A stretch of DNA of 64,000 nt from Planctomycetota bacterium. GTDB lineage: Bacteria; Planctomycetota; JAJSAM01; JAJVHW01. The stretch spans positions 1,504,001 to 1,568,000 of the forward strand of contig CBDFJG010000003.1 of NCBI GenBank assembly GCA_965248445.1, given 5' to 3'. How positions within the stretch are numbered: the first letter of the stretch is position 1; each line of letters opens with the position of its first letter. Under the pieces are notes generated by a model. The model did no database searches and was not told the origin of the DNA. It saw only the letters and a program-made list of their open reading frames with translations. A program made the position numbers and the translations under genes. Positions 31,951 through 41,681 of the stretch are shown one piece after another.

Positions 31951-34017
31951 TCACGGCTGCTCGAGACCCTGCACGAACTGCGTGATCACCGCGCGCTGAC
32001 CGAGCGCGATGCCGGTGAGCGAGAGCAGCTTGCGGCGCGCGGCCGCGGGGTCGTCCGGCGTCTCCGCCAGGTAGTGCTCCTCTGCCGCGACCAGCACTGC
32101 CACGCAGAGCGCGTCGTCGAGGTCCCGCAGCAGCGCGCGCGTCTTGCTGAGGTCGCCGGCACAACCCGCGAACAACGCCGCACCCTGCGCGCGCGGGCTC
32201 GTGTACTGCCCGTCGCCGTCGGCATCGAGGTAGACGGGGTTCGTCGCGGCGATCGAGTACCCGAAGATCGTGCGCCACGACGGATCATCGACGCTGTCGC
32301 CGATCGCGACGCAGATCAGATGTGCGTCACCCGCCGGGCGCGGGATGTCGAACGTCAACGTCACGTCGGTCGCCGCCCCCGCCACGGCGTCGATCGACCG
32401 GTGCGCCACCTGCACACCATTCAGGAGCACCGCCGCGCGACGCGGGGCGATCCAGCTCGGTCCGGCCACGCGAAGTCGGACCCGTACTGTCGGCTCCGTC
32501 GCCGTCACCGTGTCGCCCATCGACTTCCCGCCGACGTCCACCGTGGCGAACAAGCCCAGGCTGATCGAACTCCGCCCCGCGACGAGCGCGTCGATCACGC
32601 CGTCCGTGTCGATACGCGACGGGTCGTCCGTCTTGCTTGCGAGATACGTGCGGCCCTGCCCCACCGGGTCGCCGACGGTGTGCGAGTCAGAGGTCCCGAC
32701 TGCCGCGACGCGGTGCCCGTTGTTCAGCAGCGCAATCCAGTCGCGCAGCACGAACACCGGATCGCCCGTCGGGGATCCGGAGTTGATGACCTCGAGCGCG
32801 TCGAACGGGAACGGCCCGTCGTTGCGGAATCGGCCCGTGACCCGGCTGAACCCCTGCCGCGCGAACTCGCTGCGGGTGACCGCGGGGTAGTTCGGGTGAT
32901 TGAGGACGATGGCCTTCGCACCCCTCGCACGGATGTCCGCGACCAGCTTGACCCAGTCGCTCTCCCGGTGGTTCGGTAGGTCGCCGGGCTTCATCGGAAA
33001 CGCATTCACGTGGCCGACCCCAGTCGTCACCTCGTTCCCCGGCACCGGCGTGTAGTGCTTGCGCAGCTTCAGCTCACGCTGCGTCGGCTCGTAGTCGGTG
33101 ACGTGGTTGTGGTCGGTCGTGATGGCAAGTTCGACACCCTCAGCAGCCAGTGTCACCGCGCGCTCCTTCAGCGTCGCATCACCGTGGTTGCTCGCGGGGA
33201 CGGAGTGGATGTGCGAGTCGCACACGACGAAACCCGTCGTATCGACCTCCCGCTCGATTGTCAGGGCGACCTCGGCGCTCTTCCCGGCCTGCAACTGCAG
33301 CGTCGTCTGCGGCCGGCTCCACTCCATGCCGCGGGTCGCGTAGAGCGTGTACGTCCCGGGTGGCAGTTCGAACACTGTCTTCTCGCGGGCCGAGTAGACG
33401 ATGCCCTCGCGCGTCGCCTGATGGTCGTCGGCCGCGTAGTACACCGGCGCCGCCGCGCCCGCGGCATCCAGAATCGTGAGCTTCGCGGGCACGGCCTCGC
33501 GCGCCACGTCGGCGACCAATACGGTCACCTTCGACAGCTTCAAGACGCTGCGCAACGAGTCGCGATGCAGGCGAATCTCGCCGACCAGGATGTCGTCGCT
33601 GCGCCTCGTCGAGACGATCTTCAGGATGTTCCTGCCATTGGTGACCGCACGCGCGGGAACCACGACATGCCGCCGCTTCCACGGCTTGTGGGGCTTCAGC
33701 GTCGCAATCCGAGTGTCGTTCAGGACGACGCGCCATGAGTTCTCGACGTGGTATGTGCGGAGCGCGAGGACGTACTCCTTCGAGTTCGCAGGACTCTTGA
33801 ACTCCAGGGTGAGGGTCGTGCCCTCGGGTGCCGCGGGACCCTCCGGCCAGTCGGTGACGTGCGAGTCGCCCAGATGGTGGTAGGCGTCCTCGATGACGAG
33901 AACGCCCCGATCGGCCGCGTCGCCGACGAACGGGATGGCAGCCGCGACAAGGCACGTGGCGGCAACGATCGCGACGTGGCGCCGAGCCCTCGTCCTCGTC
34001 GTTACACGTCGCCGCAT
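31951..34017 (-). CDS. CehA/McbA-like PHP-family metallohydrolase, secreted
   Basis: DSHIHS, TDHNH, GNEVTTGVGHVNAFP, LNHP, GTSDSH, TNPVYLDADGDG. Confidence 0.85.
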   Translation of the reverse strand: MRRRVTTRTRARRHVAIVAATCLVAAAIPFVGDAADRGVLVIEDAYHHLGDSHVTDWPEGPAAPEGTTLTLEFKSPANSKEYVLALRTYHVENSWRVVLNDTRIATLKPHKPWKRRHVVVPARAVTNGRNILKIVSTRRSDDILVGEIRLHRDSLRSVLKLSKVTVLVADVAREAVPAKLTILDAAGAAAPVYYAADDHQATREGIVYSAREKTVFELPPGTYTLYATRGMEWSRPQTTLQLQAGKSAEVALTIEREVDTTGFVVCDSHIHSVPASNHGDATLKERAVTLAAEGVELAITTDHNHVTDYEPTQRELKLRKHYTPVPGNEVTTGVGHVNAFPMKPGDLPNHRESDWVKLVADIRARGAKAIVLNHPNYPAVTRSEFARQGFSRVTGRFRNDGPFPFDALEVINSGSPTGDPVFVLRDWIALLNNGHRVAAVGTSDSHTVGDPVGQGRTYLASKTDDPSRIDTDGVIDALVAGRSSISLGLFATVDVGGKSMGDTVTATEPTVRVRLRVAGPSWIAPRRAAVLLNGVQVAHRSIDAVAGAATDVTLTFDIPRPAGDAHLICVAIGDSVDDPSWRTIFGYSIAATNPVYLDADGDGQYTSPRAQGAALFAGCAGDLSKTRALLRDLDDALCVAVLVAAEEHYLAETPDDPAAARRKLLSLTGIALGQRAVITQFVQGLEQP

Positions 34018-34084
34018 GGGCCCTCCGGGGACGGAGCGTACACGACGTCGTGTCGCAGATCGCACCCGTTGGTACTCTCTGTGC

Positions 34085-35233
34085 ATGGCCACCACACACT
34101 ACGCCGCTGCTCTTCTCGTCTTCGCCGCCGCCGGCTCCGCCTTCGCGGACGGAGCGGTCACGGCCGCGATCCAAGGGGAGGACCTGATCATCCGAGGTGA
34201 CGGGAGTGACAACCACATCACCTTCATCAGCGATGAGTTGTTCCAGTTCACGATCATCCCGGCCAACAACACGACGCTCAACGGCGCGATGCAGCCCGTG
34301 GTCTTCGACGTGCCGGCGGGCACCGTGGACATCCGTCTGGACGGCGGCAACGACTTCATCTCGATGGCTGGCGGCGTGGAAGGGAACAAGCTGCAGGTCA
34401 CGTTCGGCAGCGGCACGAACGACCTGTCCGCGACCGGCATCCGCTTCAACGACGTGACGGTTGAGGGCGGAGCAGGCCGCGACCACATCGTGTTCCTCGA
34501 CTCCGCCATCGACGGCAAACTGGTCTTCGACGCGGACGACGGTGACGACCGGCTCGACATCCGGGACTCGGCCGTGGGCAGCAAGACCACCGTGAAGGCC
34601 GGGGCGGGCGACGACGTCATCACGTTCGACGGAGTCAACTTCGGCAAGACGGTGAAGTTCGATCTGGGGACCGGCATCGATACCGTGAATTCGGAAGGCG
34701 CCACGTTCCAGGGCGCGCTGAAGGTCACGTTCGGCGCCGGCGGCGACGACTCGACCAATCTCGACAACCTCATCTGCCTCAAGAAGGTGAAGATCACCGG
34801 CAGCAGCGACACGCTCGCCCTCGGCCTGTTCGACTCCGACCTGCAGAAGGGCGGCAAGCTCAAGACCGGCGCCTCGAACGACCCGGTTCTGTTCGGGGGG
34901 ACCTCGTCGGGCAAGACGCTTTCGATTTCGAGCGGAGGCGGCGACGACGTGATCACCGGCGGTACCGACGCCGCGGTCTTCGGCGGCGCGCTCAAGATCA
35001 ACGCGGGTGACGGCAACGACTCGATCAGCGTCCGCGACGCCGAGCACGCCAAGAAGCCGAAGCTGAGCGGCGGCGACGGCGGCGACGCGTTCACGTTCGT
35101 AGGGAACACGCTCGCCAAGGGGGCCGTCCTGAACGGGGGCGCCGGAGACGACATCCAGGTCAACGACTTCGAGGCCGACAACACGGTCAATGGCGGGAAG
35201 CTCAAGGTGAAGAGCATCGAGCTCATCCCCTAG
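34085..35233 (+). CDS. Secreted beta-roll/beta-helix repeat protein
   Basis: Signal peptide ending AFA; repeated xGxGxDxIx units. Confidence 0.75.
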   Translation: MATTHYAAALLVFAAAGSAFADGAVTAAIQGEDLIIRGDGSDNHITFISDELFQFTIIPANNTTLNGAMQPVVFDVPAGTVDIRLDGGNDFISMAGGVEGNKLQVTFGSGTNDLSATGIRFNDVTVEGGAGRDHIVFLDSAIDGKLVFDADDGDDRLDIRDSAVGSKTTVKAGAGDDVITFDGVNFGKTVKFDLGTGIDTVNSEGATFQGALKVTFGAGGDDSTNLDNLICLKKVKITGSSDTLALGLFDSDLQKGGKLKTGASNDPVLFGGTSSGKTLSISSGGGDDVITGGTDAAVFGGALKINAGDGNDSISVRDAEHAKKPKLSGGDGGDAFTFVGNTLAKGAVLNGGAGDDIQVNDFEADNTVNGGKLKVKSIELIP

Positions 35234-35255
35234 CGGGCAGATACGGAGGGGACGG

Positions 35256-36611
35256 ATGAACGCAACCGGCAAGTGGCTCGGCTCCGCGCTGGGTAGCGCG
35301 GCAGCACTCGGTCTGATCTGGTGCGGCGCGATCCTCGCGCAGGACGAGGGCGCCATGCCGTTCGACCGGGCGAGCGCCGTCGGAGACTGGATACACGAGG
35401 ACATCGAAGCCGGCTACGCCGCAGCGCTGGAGTCGGGCAAGCCGCTCCTCGTCGCGTTCAGATGAGTCCCGTGAGCTGGCTGCGCCAGCATTGACGACCA
35501 GTTGGTCGTCCCCACCGACGAGGAACTCGCCAAGCTCAAGGACCAGTTCGTCTGCGTGCGTCTCATCCAGATGGGCGGGGTCGACCTCGCCACGTTCCAG
35601 TTCGATCCGCACCTCTCGTGGTCGCTGTTCTTCATGAACGGCGACAAGACCATCTACGGGCGCTACGGCCGTGCGCACCCCGACAGCAAGCGCGCCAAGA
35701 AGGACTCGAACACCAACCTGAACGTTCCCGGCATGAAGTCCGCGCTCGCCAAGGCGCTCGAGGTGCACGGCAACTACACCGCTGACAAGGAGACGTGGGC
35801 GCCACGACTCGCCGGCAAGACCGGACCCGAGCCGGCGTGGCGCTTCGCGGAGAAGACGCCGTCCGCCAAGAAGTACAAGCGCCAGAAGCGCGTGGAGAAG
35901 GAAGGCGAGCACGGTTGCGTGCACTGCCACGAGGTGCATCGCCACAACGTCGACTCGCACTTCATGACGAAGAAGGAGGTGCCGGACGACCTCCTGTGGC
36001 TGTATCCGCGACCACACGTGCTCGGACTCACGATGGTCGAGTCGGAGTGCGCGCGCGTCGAAGCGGTCTCAGAGGGTTCTCCCGCCGCCGCGGCCGGCAT
36101 CGCCGTCGGTGACGACATCGTGTCGCTCGGTGGCCAGCCACTCGTCTCGATCGCCGACCTGCAGTGGGTGCTGCACACGTTCCCCGACGAGGGCGGCAAG
36201 CTCGCGGCCGAGTTGCAGCGGGGCGAGAAGACCGTGAAGGTCGAGATCCCCCTCGCGCCGATGTGGCGACGCACCGAGGACTTCGCGTGGCGCTACCGCA
36301 CGTTCGGGTACGCGCAATGGCTGTGGGCAGGCGTCAGCTTCGAGGACTCGGCCGGAGGCGTGCGCGTCGCGGCCCGTGCGCCGTCGTGGTTCAAGCGCGT
36401 CCACCGAAGGGCCAAGCGCGAGTTCGAGGTCGGTGACGTGATCATCGACGTCGACGGTCGCGGCGACTTCGATCGCAGCGGCCTGATCGCGTACCTGATG
36501 CGCGACAAGAAGCTCGGCTCACGCGTGAAGATCAACGTCTTGCGTGACGGGAAGAAGGAGAAGGTCCAGTTCGACCTGCCCAAGAAGCAGCCCGAGGTCA
36601 TGGGCTACTGA
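35256..36611 (+). CDS. Thioredoxin-like/PDZ-domain selenoprotein with two in-frame TGA codons (UxxUxxC) and a CxxCH motif
   Basis: SGKPLLVAFR-TGA-VP-TGA-AGCASIDDQLVV continues in frame into ORF 35502-36611; IYGRYG, CVHCH, PDZ GSPAAAAGIAVGDDIV. Confidence 0.85.
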
Positions 36612-36629
36612 CCGGCCAGTGCGGCGCCG

Positions 36630-37165
36630 CTACTTCTTGTTGACGACTGCGTCCTCGAGGTCCTTCAGACCCTGCTCGAATTTCGGGCCGAGCATCGGTT
36701 CCATCATCTTGGCGAACGCCTTGCCCATGAGGCCCTCGTTGACGCCGCGGTCCGTCCACGTGACGAGCGTCGTCCCTTCGCGGCTGCCGTCCGCGTAGAG
36801 GATCTCCCCCTCGAACGACGGGAAGCCCTCCATCGTCAGGTCGAACGTCATGCCCTTCTCGGGGTCGCTCATGGTGATGACCATCGAGCCGTTGCCCTGC
36901 GACTCGCTGATCCACGAGCGCGACGCGCCGACGCCCGTGGACTCCCCGTCGATGGTGATGACCATGTTTGGGTCCTCCTTCTCGAAGGGGCTCCACGTGG
37001 GCCACTTGTCCCAGTCCGCGGTGTACGCATGGATCTCGGCGCGCGTCGCGTTCATCTCCATCGTGCGCGTGACTTCCCACTCGCCCGACGAGAGCATGAT
37101 GCCGCCGCAGCAAAGCACGATCAGTGCGACCAACACGATTGCCACCCACTTGAGACCTTCTTCAT
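36630..37165 (-). CDS. SRPBCC (START/polyketide cyclase) family protein; probable single-base deletion near 37153
   Basis: WPTWSPF, GVGASRSW, TLVTW, FEQGLKDL; RBS gaaggag + ATG at 37165 gives MKKVLKWVAIV if one C is restored. Confidence 0.85.
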
Positions 37166-37278
37166 CGCTGCGTCTCCTTCACGTCTCGGGCGCTCCTCGC
37201 CCGGCGGCCGGTAGGGTAGGCACTCCCGGCCGCGCGAGTCCCGCCGAAACCGGAGCGCCGCCGACGGTTTGGAAACAC

Positions 37279-38544
37279 ATGCACGCGCGAATGACCCTGC
37301 TCTGCCTCGTGCTCGCCGTGGCCGCGCCCGTGGCGGACGGGCAGGACGCACCGACAGCCGCCCCGCCCGCGGCCCCCGCCAAGCCGAAGACCGGCCCCGC
37401 GAGCCCGGCCAACCAGCGACTCGCCGCCGAGTACAACGCGGCGCAGGCGGGCGTCTCGATGCTGGTCATGATCGGCGGGGAGGTCGTGTTCGAGGACTAC
37501 CCCACGAAACAGGGCGCCGACGCCGCGCACAGGCTGGCGAGCGGCACCAAGAGCTTCTCGGGCGCGATGGCAGTGGCTGCGCAGATGGACGGCCTTCTAA
37601 CCCTCGACGAGAAGCTCTCGAAGACGCTGACCGAGTGGGAGAAGGACGATCCCCGCTCGAAGATCACGATCCGCCAGTTGCTCTCGCTCTGCAGCGGCCT
37701 CGACCCGGGTGACAACTTCCGGCCGCCGACGTACGCCGACGCCGTGAAGGCGAAGCGCGTCGCCCCGCCGGGCAAGCGCTTCGCATACGGCCCCGGGCCG
37801 TTCCAGCTGTTCGGAGAGATCATGCGGCGCAAGCTCGCGGCGCAGTCCGCGGAGAAGACGCCCGACGTGCTTCGGTACCTGACCGAGAAGGTGCTGACTC
37901 CGATCGGACTCGACGTCGCGGAGTGGAGCCGCGGCAACGACGGGAACCCGTTCCTCCCCCACGGCGCGCGGCTCACAGCGCGCGAGTGGGCGAAGTACGG
38001 CGAGCTGATCCGGCGGCGCGGCAAGTGGGGCGAGAAGCAGGTGCTCGACGCCAAGCTGCTCGAGCAGCTGTTCCAGCGCAGCGAGGCGTTCCGGTGGTAC
38101 GGCGTGACGTGGTGGCTTCCGCAGGCGAAGCGCGGCGTGCGCGTCGACCTGCCCGAGGACCTGGTACTTGCCGCCGGACTCGGGGGACAGAAGCTGTGGG
38201 TCAGCCGCGACAACAAGATGGTCGTCGTCCGCCAGGCGCCGATGTTCAACAAGGCCGACTTCGACGACGACGAGTTCCTCGCACGTCTCCTGCACGGCAC
38301 GAACCGCGTCGGCAAGCCGCTGACGCCGGCGGGCGGCACAGGAGGCGGCGACGACGGGACCAAGCCGAAGCCAAGCGCCGCCGCCGAGCGCTTCCTTTCG
38401 CGGCACGACAAGAACGACGACGACATCCTGACCGCGGACGAGCTACCCCCCCGGCTCGTCGCGAAGTTCGACGATGCCGACGAGGACGGAGACGGCCGTC
38501 TCACACTCGCTGAGATCGCCGCCGCGTTCCCCGGCGCGCGCTGA
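37279..38544 (+). CDS. Serine hydrolase (beta-lactamase class C/AmpC-like) with C-terminal EF-hand pair
   Basis: SxxK (ASGTKS), ITIRQLLS, PGKRFAYG, AAGLGGQ; DKNDDDILTADE and DEDGDGRLTLAE. Confidence 0.85.
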   Translation: MHARMTLLCLVLAVAAPVADGQDAPTAAPPAAPAKPKTGPASPANQRLAAEYNAAQAGVSMLVMIGGEVVFEDYPTKQGADAAHRLASGTKSFSGAMAVAAQMDGLLTLDEKLSKTLTEWEKDDPRSKITIRQLLSLCSGLDPGDNFRPPTYADAVKAKRVAPPGKRFAYGPGPFQLFGEIMRRKLAAQSAEKTPDVLRYLTEKVLTPIGLDVAEWSRGNDGNPFLPHGARLTAREWAKYGELIRRRGKWGEKQVLDAKLLEQLFQRSEAFRWYGVTWWLPQAKRGVRVDLPEDLVLAAGLGGQKLWVSRDNKMVVVRQAPMFNKADFDDDEFLARLLHGTNRVGKPLTPAGGTGGGDDGTKPKPSAAAERFLSRHDKNDDDILTADELPPRLVAKFDDADEDGDGRLTLAEIAAAFPGAR

Positions 38545-38596
38545 CGGGAGCGCGTGGCGTGCGACAATCGTCCAGATGAGGGCACGAGGACAGCCG

Positions 38597-39634
38597 ATGG
38601 CACGCTGGGCGCTCGTCGCTCTTCTCGCGTCGGCCGCCGCATTCGCCGGTGAAGAGCGCACCTACCCGAAGGGCGCGTCGCAGCAAGTCTGGGAAGGACG
38701 CAGCTTCGATCTACGCGTCCCCGACGACTACGACGCAGCGAAGGAGTACTCGCTCATCGTCACGCTGTCGTCCAGCCTCGAGGACCTGGCGCCGCTCCTC
38801 GCGGACGGCTACATCCTCTGTCGCACATACCCGCGCATCGACCCGGTCGGCGGCATGTGGTCGGGTGGCGAGATCCAGGAGGTTCTCGACCTGACGGCGC
38901 ACCTTGAGAAGGCGCTTTCGATCGGCGAGGGACGGGTGCACACAACAGCGCGCTCGGAGAGCCGGCATTCGATCGGACCGCTCATGGTGTTCGGCAAAAA
39001 GAGCCCGTTCGTGAGCGCCTGCTTCGACAACTCCGGAGTCGGTCAGGGATCGGTGGCCAAGCGCGCCAAGAAGGAGCTCGGCGTGCTGGCGTTCGGGCGC
39101 GAGGTAGAACCGGGCTCCAAAGGCGACCTGCTCGGGAGGCTGCGCGGCAGGGTCCGCGTGGCGGTGGTTCGCGACGACCCGAAGGGGGTCACGTCCGCCT
39201 ACTACCGGTTCTTCGTCGGCGCGATGGAGGGACGCTTCAAGCCGGGCGAAACGCTGGTCTTCGACTGGGCCGAGGATCCCGCGGATGCGAAGCAACTCGC
39301 GGTGCTCGAGGAGCGCGCGAAGTCCGAGAGTCTCGCCACGATCCTCTACTTCTGGTCGGCCGACGATGCAGAGAACGCCGATGCCAAGGCGCTGCAGAAC
39401 GGCGTGTTCTTCGAGCAGTCCGTGCGCTCGCCGGTGGGCACGATGCTCGCCGTCAAGCTGGACGTTTCGAAGCACGGCGCGCGCTTCGAGACGCTCGCAC
39501 TGGACGAGACTCCGGCCGTCGTCGTGCTGGACCATGAGGGTGGCGTCGCCCGCTCGTTCACCGGCGTGATCAAGGCCAAGAGCCTCGCCAAGACGCCGCA
39601 GTCCGCCGCCAAGAAGGCCGCCAAGGCGCGCTGA
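38597..39634 (+). CDS. Secreted hypothetical protein: esterase-like N-terminus plus Cys-less thioredoxin-like C-terminus
   Basis: Signal peptide; LRVPDDYDAAKEYSLIV; ILYFWS..VKLDV..PAVVVLD. Confidence 0.6.
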   Translation: MARWALVALLASAAAFAGEERTYPKGASQQVWEGRSFDLRVPDDYDAAKEYSLIVTLSSSLEDLAPLLADGYILCRTYPRIDPVGGMWSGGEIQEVLDLTAHLEKALSIGEGRVHTTARSESRHSIGPLMVFGKKSPFVSACFDNSGVGQGSVAKRAKKELGVLAFGREVEPGSKGDLLGRLRGRVRVAVVRDDPKGVTSAYYRFFVGAMEGRFKPGETLVFDWAEDPADAKQLAVLEERAKSESLATILYFWSADDAENADAKALQNGVFFEQSVRSPVGTMLAVKLDVSKHGARFETLALDETPAVVVLDHEGGVARSFTGVIKAKSLAKTPQSAAKKAAKAR

Positions 39635-39842
39635 TTCCGCGCGGCTACGCGCGCCGCAAGCCTGCGTCGTGCCTGGCGTTGTCAGAGTGAGAATCCGCCC
39701 AGAGAGGGAATCTCCCGGAATGATCCCGGGGGGACTACCCTCCTGTCAGTTTAGTGACACACTTCGCGCGGTCAGATAGGCGGAAGCGACCAGGTGACAT
39801 CGACGGCACGTGCATTACGCAAGCGCCGGGGCGAGGCAAGTC

Positions 39843-40124
39843 ATGGTCATTTACGAAGCACTGAGACGGAAGTACGAGAGAGAGCAGCGCGCTCAGCAGA
39901 TCGGGCACTCGCTCTCCCCCACACCGACTCCTCTCAGCACGCAGAACCGTTTCTGTTCGAACTGCCTCCGCACCCAGCGCTTCCTCGATCACGGCACGTC
40001 CCTCGACTGCCCGAATTGCGACAAGCGCCTGTATCCGGTGACGGTCGCCGGACCATCTCCTTCATCCAGTTCCAGTCCCAGTTCCCTCAGAGAGACAGGA
40101 GTTCTTCAGCGCGGCGTCGCGTAG
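39843..40124 (+). CDS. Small zinc-ribbon protein
   Basis: CSNC...CPNC; RBS gagg. Confidence 0.55.
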   Translation: MVIYEALRRKYEREQRAQQIGHSLSPTPTPLSTQNRFCSNCLRTQRFLDHGTSLDCPNCDKRLYPVTVAGPSPSSSSSPSSLRETGVLQRGVA

Positions 40125-40211
40125 TCGGGCGCATCCTTCCCCTCCTTACCCCCCAACGCACTCCACACACGCCACGACAGCGACGACGCGCACGCATCTC
40201 CTTCGGTAAGC

Positions 40212-40237
40212 GGCGGTCCCGGAAGCCCGGGGCCGCC
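40212..40237. terminator. GC-rich hairpin between convergent genes
   Basis: ggcggtcccgg-aagc-ccggggccgcc, 11-bp stem with one G-U; no U-tract. Confidence 0.45.
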
Positions 40238-40270
40238 TGCTTCGATTCCGGGGGCGGTCACGCTGGCGCG

Positions 40271-40440
40271 CTACAGGAACACGACCGGATCGGCCTTGTT
40301 GTTCTCGTAGGTGTTGGTCTGACCGCCTGAGTCGTCAACCAAGTCGTCGCTGTCACTCTTCGAGATCTTGCAGTTCTTGACGGTGTTGTTGGCGGGCACG
40401 ACGACTTGCTCGCGCCTCCTCCCGCTGCCGGAGCCGTTGT
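40271..40440 (-). pseudogene. 3' remnant of a parallel beta-helix repeat protein gene
   Basis: ANNTVKNCKISKSDSDDLVDDSGGQTNTYENNKADPVVFL* with no own start. Confidence 0.5.
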
Positions 40441-41567
40441 TTACGGCTCCAGCACGGTCACCGTCACGCGCTTCGGCCCCTTGTGCTCGCCGGGCCCGAC
40501 GTCCGACCCCTCGAGCGTCACCGTCGCGCGGTCTCTGAACGTCCACCCGTTCACAACCGCCATGCGCGTGTACCCGGCGACGTAGATGTTGTTCCCGTCG
40601 AAAAGGTCCATCTTCCCGCTGATGCCGCCCATCACGCGCAGGTTGGCGTAGCTCGTGGACTTGAACGCACCACTGAGCGACTCGCGCACGAAGACCGTCA
40701 CGTAGCTGTTGGCAGCGATGCTCCCCGTCACGGACCCTTCGACGATCACGGTCGTGTAGCTGTCCATGACCAGCTTCCCGGCGAGGTCGCCCTTGCAGAG
40801 CACCGCCCCACCGCCCCACCGCCCTGCAGCGTCACCACGGCATCCGTCCCGATGCCCTGCTCGAAGACCAGTGACACGGCGTGCTCCGTCGCAACGTTGC
40901 GACCGAGCCGCTCGGTGAACACCCACGCCCCTTCCTCGCGCGTCGGATCAAACCCCTCGGCCCCCGCGCCCAGAATCTCGTAGCGCTCGGCATCCCGCTC
41001 GATGAAGCCCAAGTTGTTGCTGGGCCAGACGCGCTCGTCTCCCAGCAGGTCCACGAGCGATGGATCCGGCCGCCGCAGCCGCGCCGCTTCCCCGAACCCC
41101 ATCTTGTACTTCATGCTGTTGGCGACGACGACGTGCCTCAGCCCGAGCACCGCCTCCTTGACCGCCGCCCGCCGCTGCGCATCCGCGTTGAGCTCCGGAT
41201 CCGCCGGGTCCGGCGGCGGCGGCCGCCCCGCGCCCTCCCGATCGAACCGCGCGAGTTCCTCGGCAACGATGCGCCGTACCTGCTCGGCGGTCAGTCCATC
41301 GTCGCCAATGCGCGGCCGCCGTTCCGGTCTCGTTCGGGGCGGCTCAGCAGCAGCAGCAGCAGGAGAGGCAGGAAGAGGAGCAACGAAGTCGCGGCCCGGG
41401 TGCGGGACCTGCGACACCGTCACGGGGACAAGCGTCTCGTCAGTTCGCTCGATCACCTTCGGATCGGAGCTGATCATCGGTGCGACGACGACTCCGATCC
41501 CGACACCGAGCGCCAACAGCGCCAGTGCACCGACGACAACGGCGACGGTGTTCTGCGTACCCGACAT
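40441..41567 (-). CDS. Membrane-anchored hypothetical protein with beta-solenoid C-terminus; frame broken at an 8-bp tandem repeat (40801-40824)
   Basis: ORFs 40746-41627 and 40441-40926 join (LQGGGAVLCKGDLAGK) if one caccgccc unit is removed. Confidence 0.6.
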
Positions 41568-41681
41568 GACGAGCGTCCCTCCGACCGCTTGAGTGACCGA
41601 CGATACCGGAACCGGGGCTCGTCGCACCCCGGCGGCAGGAGAAAGCAGGCATGGAAGCTCACGGTCACGCCAATCCAGTCG

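Noticed and set aside
37279..38544. Antibiotic-resistance beta-lactamase
   Set aside because: SxxK serine hydrolases of this family are mostly esterases or peptidases, and the class C YxN/KTG motifs are not matched
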